Source: Mycolicibacterium smegmatis (lineage in GTDB: Bacteria; Actinomycetota; Actinomycetes; Mycobacteriales; Mycobacteriaceae). Taken from it: a stretch of 32,000 bases of DNA. Shown here piece by piece: positions 25,862 through 32,000 of this stretch (its first letter is position 1; the number at the start of each line of letters is the position of its first letter). The stretch lies in contig NZ_LN831039.1 in the NCBI RefSeq assembly GCF_001457595.1, positions 4,470,001 to 4,502,000 on the forward strand. Reading direction: 5' to 3'. The position numbers were made by a program, and so were the translations under genes. Below the pieces are notes generated by a model, which saw only the letters and a list, made by a program, of their open reading frames with translations, was not told the DNA's origin and ran no database searches.

Positions 25862-25882
25862 CCGAACTGCTCCTGAGTTCGG
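25862..25882 (-). terminator. Stem-loop after the DUF6510 gene (CCGAACT-N7-AGTTCGG)
   Basis: 7-bp perfect stem with 7-nt loop, 37 nt downstream of the stop at 25919 on the minus strand. No U tract. Confidence 0.35.
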
Positions 25883-25918
25883 TGGGCACCGCTCATCACA
25901 CCAGGTTGACCGGAGTCA

Positions 25919-26191
25919 TCAGCGCGCCAGCGGTATCCGCCAGGAGTCGGCCCCGCGAAGGTCCAGCCACACATCCGTCGGGGTCCGCGCCAACCGTGCC
26001 AACACGTGTTCGCAGGCCGGGCATCGCACCACGATGCCCGGTGCACGATCGTAGACGTGGCTCTCGGCGAACGCCGCGCTGCGCCCACAGCCGGCGCAGG
26101 TCAACGTCGCGACGGTGACATCGAATCCCAGTACTTCCGCGAAGGCACCCGCGGCGGAGTTGCCGTCGACGTGTATCGATACTTCCATCAT
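25919..26191 (-). CDS. DUF6510-like small zinc-ribbon protein
   Basis: 90 aa. CAGC...CPAC four-Cys pattern. Strong GAGGAAGAAGGA RBS. Sits immediately downstream of the FNR-like gene. Confidence 0.75.
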   Translation of the reverse strand: MMEVSIHVDGNSAAGAFAEVLGFDVTVATLTCAGCGRSAAFAESHVYDRAPGIVVRCPACEHVLARLARTPTDVWLDLRGADSWRIPLAR

Positions 26192-26205
26192 TCCTTCTTC
26201 CTCGA

Positions 26206-26946
26206 TCAGCCGCTCGGGCCGAACCGCTCGGTCCGGATGGTCGATGCCGGATGCCCCAGCCCGATCAGCTTCGTCGTCACCGATTCCACGAATCCCGTGG
26301 GCCCACAGACGTAGATGCGCACATCGTCATCGGGTGTCCACCCCGCGGCCTCGAGATCATCGACATCAACCCGTCCAGGTGGCCGGACCGTCTCCGCGGT
26401 TGCCTCGCGCGTGTAGATCACCGCGACGTGCAGCCAGCCGCACTCGCGGTCGAGCTGCTCCAGCTCCTTGGCGTAGTACACATCGGCCGGACTGCGCACG
26501 GAGTAGATGAGACGAAAATTTCTGCTGCCCACACGTTCCCGCTGACGGATCATCGCCATCAACGGCACGATTCCCGACCCGCCCGCGATCAGGAGGATCT
26601 GAGACCGTTCCTCCGGACGCCACACGAACCAGCCACCGATGGGTCCACGAAGTTCGACCTCCTCGGCGGGGCCCATGCCCACGAGGTACGGTGACACCTC
26701 CCCATCGGCGACCACCTGCACCGTGAGTTCGACCTGTTCCCCGTCGGTGGGTCGGCCCAGTGAGTAACTACGCTGTGCGCTGTAGCCGTCTTCGGCGGTC
26801 AGTTTGACGTCGACGTGTTGACCGGCGAGGTGACCGGCCCAACCCGGCACGATCAACCTGATCGTGCGCGCGGAACCCGTCTCGGGCGTCGAGTCCACCA
26901 CTCGGGCAACGCGCCATCGTGACCTCGGTGTCACGCCGTCGGCCAC
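26206..26946 (-). CDS. FNR-family FAD/NAD(P)-binding oxidoreductase
   Basis: 246 aa. RSYS flavin motif, GGSGIVP nucleotide-binding motif and C-terminal CGP. GTG start lies 3 nt after the upstream stop. Confidence 0.88.
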   Translation of the reverse strand: MADGVTPRSRWRVARVVDSTPETGSARTIRLIVPGWAGHLAGQHVDVKLTAEDGYSAQRSYSLGRPTDGEQVELTVQVVADGEVSPYLVGMGPAEEVELRGPIGGWFVWRPEERSQILLIAGGSGIVPLMAMIRQRERVGSRNFRLIYSVRSPADVYYAKELEQLDRECGWLHVAVIYTREATAETVRPPGRVDVDDLEAAGWTPDDDVRIYVCGPTGFVESVTTKLIGLGHPASTIRTERFGPSG

Positions 26947-26949
26947 GAG

Positions 26950-27549
26950 TCAGTCTCCGGCGTAGCGCTGTTCACGCCACGGATCGCCGTAACGGTGATA
27001 ACCCAGGCGCTCCCAGAATCCGAGTTTCTCGCTGTCGCACAACTCGATGGATCTGACCCACTTCGCCGACTTCCAGAAGTACAGGTGCGGCACCAACAGC
27101 CGCGCCGGACCCCCGTGCACCGCAGGTAACGGTTCGCCCTGGTAGCCGTAGACGATCCAGGCCTTTCCACCGACGAGATCTGCGATCGGGATGTTGGTGG
27201 TGTAACCACCGTAGGAGCCGACCAACGCGAATTCCGCATCGGTGTCCACCGATTCGAAAAGCGTGTCCAACGAGACACCTTCCCATTGGGTGTCGAACTT
27301 GGACCATGTCGTGACGCAGTGGATATCGACCGTGAACCGTTCGTGGTGCAGTTCCTGCATCTGTTCCCAGGTCCATACATGTTCGTCACCTGACTCGTTG
27401 CGGATGGCGAACCGCCAGTCGGCGAGATTGATGCGCGGAGTGGGGCCTGCCTGCAGGACCGGGAAGTCCCCGGTCAGATGCTGGCCGGGGGGCAACGGCC
27501 GCGCGGAATCCACACGACGTCCGTGAAACCCTTTGTTGACGACACTCAT
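26950..27549 (-). CDS. Sulfite-oxidase-fold molybdopterin oxidoreductase, short cytoplasmic YuiH type
   Basis: 199 aa with no signal peptide. DIHCVTTWSKF contains the Moco-ligand Cys context typical of the SUOX fold. GGGAG RBS. Confidence 0.85.
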   Translation of the reverse strand: MSVVNKGFHGRRVDSARPLPPGQHLTGDFPVLQAGPTPRINLADWRFAIRNESGDEHVWTWEQMQELHHERFTVDIHCVTTWSKFDTQWEGVSLDTLFESVDTDAEFALVGSYGGYTTNIPIADLVGGKAWIVYGYQGEPLPAVHGGPARLLVPHLYFWKSAKWVRSIELCDSEKLGFWERLGYHRYGDPWREQRYAGD

Positions 27550-27558
27550 TGGAACTCC

Positions 27559-27858
27559 CTATCCGACGTTCTCTCGGTTACCCGGGATGGCCGTCCGCGC
27601 CGGCGGCGCGTGGACCGTCGGTGTGTACAGATTTCCCCCGGTCGGGTTGATGCCCTTCTCCGTCGGTGCCGGTGGCGGTACCGACGGAGTCGAAGGTTGT
27701 GTGGTCGTGGTGGTTGTGATGGTCGTGGTCGTCGTAGTTGTCGAAGGCTCATTCGACCCGGTTCCGCCGCAGCCGGCGATCGCTGCGGCCACTCCGGCCA
27801 GCACTGCACCGCCTGCCACGGCGCGCGCGAGGCGTACACGATCAAGGTTTTCCAGCAT
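27559..27858 (-). CDS. Thr/Pro-rich lipoprotein
   Basis: ATG 27858. Signal plus lipobox AAIAGC. Mature part begins GGTGSNEPSTTTTTTTITTTTTTQPSTPSVPPP. The track ORF start at 28008 is over-extended. Confidence 0.7.
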   Translation of the reverse strand: MLENLDRVRLARAVAGGAVLAGVAAAIAGCGGTGSNEPSTTTTTTTITTTTTTQPSTPSVPPPAPTEKGINPTGGNLYTPTVHAPPARTAIPGNRENVG

Positions 27859-28381
27859 GACATCTCCGATCGACTCGGTGTGGTCGCCGCTCCACGGGAT
27901 CGGTGCGGTCCAGGATCGAGATGGCCCCTTTGGCCTCAAGGATCGCCAAATGGACACCCTCGGCGTTCGGATGCCCGTGTTCGCGCAGTACTGCCTCGAT
28001 ATCGGCAACGGTCAGCCCGCCACGGCGCAGATTGCGTCGGCTCACCTCACCTTCTCTGATCAGGACGATCAGCGGTGGATCGATCAACCGGCACAGGGCG
28101 GGTACCAGGCGCAATCGCGCGACAACCGCATGCGCGGCCAACAGGCACACCAGTGCGGCGGTGGCCTGCAGCCATCCGGTGTCCGTGGCGGTGGCGGCGC
28201 GCCCGACGATGGCGCCGGCCGCGACCGCGGCGATCCAGTCGAATGGCGCGAACTCCGCGAGGGTGCGTCGTTCGGTGAACCGGAACAGGATCGCCGCGGT
28301 GATGAACAACGCCGCAGTCTTGACCGCCACGTCCCCGACGGCGGGAACATCACCGAGGAGGACATCCACGATCCGGTTCAC
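27842..28381 (-). CDS. DUF421 (YetF-like) membrane protein
   Basis: GTG 28381 overlaps the tal stop (GTGA). TM region with FAPFDW motif, followed by a soluble C-terminal domain ([10 protein letters not shown]...LREHG...). Overlaps the lipoprotein start by 17 nt. Confidence 0.75.
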   Translation of the reverse strand: MNRIVDVLLGDVPAVGDVAVKTAALFITAAILFRFTERRTLAEFAPFDWIAAVAAGAIVGRAATATDTGWLQATAALVCLLAAHAVVARLRLVPALCRLIDPPLIVLIREGEVSRRNLRRGGLTVADIEAVLREHGHPNAEGVHLAILEAKGAISILDRTDPVERRPHRVDRRCHAGKP

Positions 28382-29490
28382 GGGTGTTCCGTCGATCCGC
28401 GGTACGCATCCAGCAGTTGACGCCACGACGCCGCGAATTTGGCGACGCCGTCCTTCTCCAAGGTCTCGAAGATGTCGGCAAGGTCGACACCCACCGCCCT
28501 GATCTCATCGAGCGTCGCGTGCGCCTGGCCGACATTTCCGGTCACAGCATCGCCGGCGATCACACCATGGTCCGCAACGGCCTCCAGGGTGTGTTCCGGG
28601 ATCGTGCACACGGTGTCCGGCGCGACCAACCCGGTGACGTACATCGTGTCGGGATACGCGGGGTTCTTCACCCCGGTCGACGCCCACAGCGGTCTCTGCA
28701 CGTTGGCACCGGCGGATCTCAATGCGGCATAACGGGTTCCGTCGTGGAAAACGTCCCGAAACACCGCGTACGCCAGGCGTGCATTGGCGAGGGCCGCCTG
28801 CCCCCGCAACGTCAACGCGGTGTCGGTGCCGATCGCCTCCAGCCGCTTGTCGATCTCGGTGTCGACGCGCGAGACGAACAGCGAGGCCACCGAGTGGATT
28901 TCGGAGAGATTGTGCCCGGCGCGCTGTGCGGCCTCCAAGCCGGTGAGGTAGGCATCCATCGCCTGCCGATGCCGTTCGATGGAGAAGATCAGCGTCACGT
29001 TCACCGAGATCCCCTGGGCAACTGTGGCGGTGATGGCTGCCATACCGGCCGTCGTGGCGGGAATCTTGATGAACAGGTTCGGCCGATCAACAATCTTCCA
29101 CAGCTCGGAGGCCTGGCTGACCGTCGTGTCCGCGTCATCCGCCAGTCGAGGATCGACCTCGATCGACACACGTCCGTCCCACCCGCCGGAAGCCTCCCAC
29201 TGCGGGCGCAGAACATCACAGGCGACGCGCACGTCGTCAGTGATCACGGTGCGTATCGCCGAGTCCGGATCGATCCCGTCCCGAGCCAGTACGTTCAACT
29301 GCCGTGTATAGGCCTGCCCATGCGAGATTGCGTTCTGGAAGATCGACGGGTTGGTGGTGACGCCGACGACGCTCCTCGTGTCGATCAAACGCTGCAGATT
29401 GCCCGAGGTCAGGCGGTCACGAGATAAATCGTCCAACCAAACCGAAACCCCCGCAGCCGACAGCGCACTCAGATTCGGGTTCTGTGTCAT
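28378..29490 (-). CDS. tal: Transaldolase (actinobacterial long form)
   Basis: From ATG 29490: [27 protein letters not shown]...TTNPSIF...FIKIPAT...ASLFVSRVD. This is near-colinear with M. tuberculosis Tal as I recall it. 370 aa. Confidence 0.92.
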   Translation of the reverse strand: MTQNPNLSALSAAGVSVWLDDLSRDRLTSGNLQRLIDTRSVVGVTTNPSIFQNAISHGQAYTRQLNVLARDGIDPDSAIRTVITDDVRVACDVLRPQWEASGGWDGRVSIEVDPRLADDADTTVSQASELWKIVDRPNLFIKIPATTAGMAAITATVAQGISVNVTLIFSIERHRQAMDAYLTGLEAAQRAGHNLSEIHSVASLFVSRVDTEIDKRLEAIGTDTALTLRGQAALANARLAYAVFRDVFHDGTRYAALRSAGANVQRPLWASTGVKNPAYPDTMYVTGLVAPDTVCTIPEHTLEAVADHGVIAGDAVTGNVGQAHATLDEIRAVGVDLADIFETLEKDGVAKFAASWRQLLDAYRGSTEHP

Positions 29491-29580
29491 CGAAGGAGTT
29501 CCAGCGATCGAGGACGCCGCGGGTTCGACATCTTCGCGGCGACGAGCACAGCGGTGAACGCGAGAACCGGCAGGTACGCG

Positions 29581-29602
29581 GCGACCAGCATCCGCTGGTC
29601 GC
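29581..29602 (-). terminator. Stem-loop between msrA and tal (GCGACCAGC-N4-GCTGGTCGC)
   Basis: 9-bp perfect stem with 4-nt loop, 35 nt downstream of the msrA stop. No U tract. Confidence 0.4.
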
Positions 29603-29637
29603 GCACCGACACTCGCCCGCGACACCCAGGGCGGCCC

Positions 29638-30207
29638 TCAGTCATGGTGGCTCGCTGTCGCCGACGCCGCGGACACATCGGATCCGCTGTCAGAGGCTGT
29701 CTCTGGGTCTGCCTCGGGGTCCAGGATCCACTCCGGCCGCACCCAGTGGCAGGTGTAGCCACCAGGATTGCGCTGCAGGTAGTCCTGATGTTCCGGTTCG
29801 GCTTCCCAGAACACACCCGCGGGCGTCACTTCGGTGGCCACGGGACCCGGCCACCGTCCCGACGCGTCGATCTCGGCGACGATGTCGAAGGCGACCCGCT
29901 TCTGGTCGTCATCGAGGTAGAAGATCGCCGAACGGTAACTGGACCCCACGTCGTTGCCCTGCCGGTTCTTGGTGGTCGGATCGTGGATCTGGAAGAAGAA
30001 TTCCAACAGCGCCCGGTAATCGGTCTGCTGGGGGTCGTAGGTGATCTCAACCGCCTCGGCGTGTCCGGGATGGTTGCGGTAGGTGGGGTGGTCGTTGTCT
30101 CCCCCGGTGTAACCGACCCGGGTGGAGATCACGCCGGGCAGCGCGCGGATGAGATCTTCCAGTCCCCAGAAACATCCGCCCGCCAGCACTGCAGTATGGG
30201 TTGTCAT
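29638..30207 (-). CDS. msrA: Peptide-methionine (S)-S-oxide reductase
   Basis: [19 protein letters not shown]...GYTGG... is the MsrA GCFWG active-site signature. 189 aa. Its ATG overlaps the msrB stop (ATGA). Confidence 0.93.
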   Translation of the reverse strand: MTTHTAVLAGGCFWGLEDLIRALPGVISTRVGYTGGDNDHPTYRNHPGHAEAVEITYDPQQTDYRALLEFFFQIHDPTTKNRQGNDVGSSYRSAIFYLDDDQKRVAFDIVAEIDASGRWPGPVATEVTPAGVFWEAEPEHQDYLQRNPGGYTCHWVRPEWILDPEADPETASDSGSDVSAASATASHHD

Positions 30208-30413
30208 GGTTGTACCTCGTTGAGTTGGGAGTCGGTGTGTCGTGTCGAATCGCCGGACGAGTCGAAGAGGCTCAGGTAACGCCCGTATCCCTCGGCTTCC
30301 AGATCGTCGCGGTGGATGAAACGCAGCGACGCTGAGTTGATGCAGTAGCGCAGCCCGCCGTCGGACATCGGGCCGTCGGTGAAGACGTGCCCGAGATGGC
30401 TGTCCCCGTGGCG
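30204..30413 (-). pseudogene. msrB: msrB, 3-prime fragment (gene split by IS insertion)
   Basis: Translates [15 protein letters not shown]...[14 protein letters not shown]..., the MsrB catalytic region. It has no start codon of its own and continues the fragment at 31977-32000. Confidence 0.85.
30408..30413. repeat. Target-site duplication, left copy (GTGGCG)
   Basis: Identical hexamer at 31977-31982. Removing the IS and one copy restores an uninterrupted msrB reading frame. Confidence 0.7.
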
Positions 30414-30418
30414 GAATT

Positions 30419-30442
30419 TGTCAAGGTGTTTGAGTCCAGTGG
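30419..30442. repeat. IS terminal inverted repeat (left in window)
   Basis: TGTCAAGGTGTTTGAGTCCAGTGG versus the reverse complement of the other end, TGTCAGGGTGAGTTGAGTCCACTGG. Shared blocks are TGTCA, GGTG and TGAGTCCA-TGG. Confidence 0.8.
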
Positions 30443-30445
30443 GTG

Positions 30446-31459
30446 TTAAGCGGCTTCCGTTTCGGTCTCCTGTTCGGCCGGTTTGGGTGGGTTGATCGCC
30501 GCGGATTCAGGTAGGTCGATGACCTTGGGTGCGGTGTCGCGGCCGAATCGGCGTGGGTGGCGCGCCCTGGCGTCGGCGAGCACGGCTCGGCGCTGGGTGT
30601 CTTTCCCGCCGGCGAGGCCGTAGAACACATCGGCGGGTGTGTGCAGCCCGATGCCGCTGTGGCGGTGTTCATGGTTGTACCACTGCACGAATCGGTCCAT
30701 GAAATCCCTCGCGTGATGGATGGATTCGAAGCGTTCCGGGAACGCCGGCGCATACTTCAAGGTCTTGAACCAGGACTCGCTGTAGGGGTTGTCGTTGGAT
30801 ACCTTGGGCCGCGAATGCGAGCGGATGACGCCCAGATCCGAGAGCAGTCCGGCGACGGTGTTGCTGGTCATCGAGGTGCCCCGATCAGCGTGCACGACGT
30901 GTGGGATGCCGTAGGTGCCGAAGATCTGTTCCATCATCTCCTTGGCCAGCTGGCCGCATTCGCGGGCGTGCACATGGACCCCGACGATGTAACGCGAGTA
31001 AATGTCGATCATCACGTAGGCGTCGTAGTAGACCCCTTTGACCGGGCCGGCCAGTTTGGTGATGTCCCACGAATACACCTGCCGCGGCGCGGTGGCCACC
31101 AGTTCCGGGCAGACCGCTTTGCGGTGCCGGGCCAGCCGACGGCGCTCCTTGACCAGCTTGTTGGCATTGAGGACGCGGTACATCGTCGACACCGAACACA
31201 GGTAGCTGCCTTCATCGAGCAACGTGGCCCACACCTGCATCGGCGCGGCATCGACGAACCGGGCACTGTTGAGCACCTCAACCACCCGGGCGCATTCGGA
31301 CTCGGTGAGCTTGTTGACCGGGACCGGTCGTGGTGCCCGATCGGCAGGCGCCGGCGCGGGTTTGGCGCGTCGAGTGGCCGTCGAGCGGTGCATGCCGGTC
31401 ACCTCCGCGGCCTTGCGGGTCGGAATCTGGATATCCCGCAGATCGTTGTAGGCATCCAT
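30446..31459 (-). CDS. IS3-family transposase OrfB (DDE integrase core)
   Basis: 337 aa from ATG 31459. DDE triad contexts are [16 protein letters not shown] and [14 protein letters not shown]. The frame is open upstream of the ATG back to the slippery site. Confidence 0.92.
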   Translation of the reverse strand: MDAYNDLRDIQIPTRKAAEVTGMHRSTATRRAKPAPAPADRAPRPVPVNKLTESECARVVEVLNSARFVDAAPMQVWATLLDEGSYLCSVSTMYRVLNANKLVKERRRLARHRKAVCPELVATAPRQVYSWDITKLAGPVKGVYYDAYVMIDIYSRYIVGVHVHARECGQLAKEMMEQIFGTYGIPHVVHADRGTSMTSNTVAGLLSDLGVIRSHSRPKVSNDNPYSESWFKTLKYAPAFPERFESIHHARDFMDRFVQWYNHEHRHSGIGLHTPADVFYGLAGGKDTQRRAVLADARARHPRRFGRDTAPKVIDLPESAAINPPKPAEQETETEAA

Positions 31460-31887
31460 CAGCGCTTGGTCGGCGGCGTGTCGGTGTCCGCGCTCTCGGA
31501 GAGAGACTCCAAGAGCGCGTGTGCTTTTCCCATGATCCCCAGGGCAGCCTCGGTGGTCGCCAGCCGATTATTGGCCTGGGCGAGTTCCTTTTTCAGGCGG
31601 GCGATCTCGGCCTGCTCGCGGGTGAGTTTACCGACCTTCTCCCCAGGTGCCTTGCCTTCCAACACCCCAGCATCGCGTTGTTTGCGCCACTCGGCGATCT
31701 GCGAGGAATACAACCCCTCACCGCGCAGGTACGCCCCACCATCGTTGGTCGTACAGGCCTGCTCATAGGCATCCAGGTGGGCCAGCTTCTGCGCCGGAGA
31801 AATCGAGCGCCGCCGGCGCGGGCCATCAGATCGCGGTGAAGGTGCCACCGCTCCAGTCTCGCGCACAGCAGCCATCGTCGTCGTCAT
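31459..31887 (-). CDS. IS3-family transposase OrfA (HTH / leucine-zipper part)
   Basis: 142 aa, with IS3/IS911-type OrfA features (RRSISPAQKL..., coiled-coil REQAEIARLKKELAQANNRLA). Its TGA overlaps the orfB ATG (ATGA). Confidence 0.9.
   Translation of the reverse strand: MTTTMAAVRETGAVAPSPRSDGPRRRRSISPAQKLAHLDAYEQACTTNDGGAYLRGEGLYSSQIAEWRKQRDAGVLEGKAPGEKVGKLTREQAEIARLKKELAQANNRLATTEAALGIMGKAHALLESLSESADTDTPPTKR
31525..31531 (-). promoter_or_regulatory. Candidate -1 programmed frameshift heptamer G GGA AAA (orfA to orfB frame)
   Basis: Fits X XXY YYZ in the orfA frame (..AUG GGA AAA GCA..). The -1 frame is open from here into orfB. Confidence 0.4.
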
Positions 31888-31945
31888 GGTTCAGGTGATT
31901 CCGTTCTCGCCCCGAGATCAAGCCAAGTTGCCAAGTTGCTAAGTA

Positions 31946-31970
31946 CCAGTGGACTCAACTCACCCTGACA
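31946..31970. repeat. IS terminal inverted repeat (right in window)
   Basis: CCAGTGGACTCAACTCACCCTGACA, pairing with 30419-30442. Confidence 0.8.
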
Positions 31971-31976
31971 CCCAGG

Positions 31977-31982
31977 GTGGCG
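31977..31982. repeat. Target-site duplication, right copy (GTGGCG)
   Basis: Identical to 30408-30413. Confidence 0.7.
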
Positions 31983-32000
31983 TGAACGAACTTCGGTGCG
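31977..32000 (-). pseudogene. msrB: msrB, 5-prime side fragment (runs off the window)
   Basis: The minus strand reads ..RTEVRSRH, which joins to GDSHLGHVF at 30407 and matches the [15 protein letters not shown] type of MsrB. Confidence 0.75.

Larger units (their letters stand above)
30414..31976 (-). mobile_element. IS3-family insertion sequence (about 1.56 kb, orfA/orfB)
   Basis: Bounded by the GTGGCG direct repeat. Imperfect terminal inverted repeats begin TGTCA... at 30419 and end ...TGACA at 31970 (TG/CA ends). Two overlapping transposase ORFs are present. The exact ends within about 5 nt are uncertain. Confidence 0.9.

Noticed and set aside
25701-25889. 62-aa minus-strand track ORF (MPTELRSSSGRMNQSV...) in the DUF417 upstream spacer.
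   Set aside because: It is Arg/Ser-rich with no RBS. A different frame over the same DNA gives the more protein-like 49-aa TM peptide reported as a low-confidence feature.

Overview
High-GC actinobacterial chromosomal DNA (about two-thirds G+C by eye, not computed). The gene content suggests a fast-growing Mycobacterium/Mycolicibacterium: MmpL, a PonA-type PBP with PASTA domain and polyproline tail, F420-type LLM, UsfY-like protein, Excalibur protein and a SigH-like ECF sigma. The ORF track uses alternative start codons and takes the longest ORF, so several starts were re-picked from RBS position, 4-nt stop/start overlaps and family N-termini.

Layout:
- 1-6.5 kb: SDR, orphan MmpL, class A PBP.
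- 6.7-14.4 kb: six translationally coupled genes, a family-5 ABC importer plus an NtaA/DszA-type LLM monooxygenase and an SfnB/DszC-type flavoenzyme. A perfect 35-nt palindrome follows.
- 14.6-16.8 kb: amidohydrolase plus an orphan ICL/PEPM-superfamily gene.
- 16.8-20.7 kb: LysR, Excalibur, isochorismatase-like hydrolase, MerR, F420-type LLM, hypothetical.
- 20.7-22.5 kb: PhnX-like DxAGT HAD hydrolase coupled to a Zn-ADH.
- 22.5-25.9 kb: a visibly lower-GC stretch with a long non-coding spacer and a secreted Cys-rich protein. It also carries a minus-strand module of DUF417/RclC-like, holin-IV-like and UsfY-like genes followed by a SigH-like ECF sigma. The spacers of that module share a TCACCC/GGGTGA repeat architecture, and the long spacer holds a possible 49-aa small ORF.
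- 25.9-30.2 kb: one long minus-strand redox and repair gene string: msrA, tal paralog, DUF421, Thr-rich lipoprotein, YuiH-type Moco oxidoreductase, FNR-like reductase, DUF6510.
- 30.2-32.0 kb: msrB split by an IS3-family element.

No rRNA, tRNA or CRISPR array was seen. I found no recognisable defence, toxin or secretion system. The most unusual, unexplained signal is the structured spacers and small ORF around the sigma module. All family calls come from motif recognition by eye and need HMM/BLAST confirmation.
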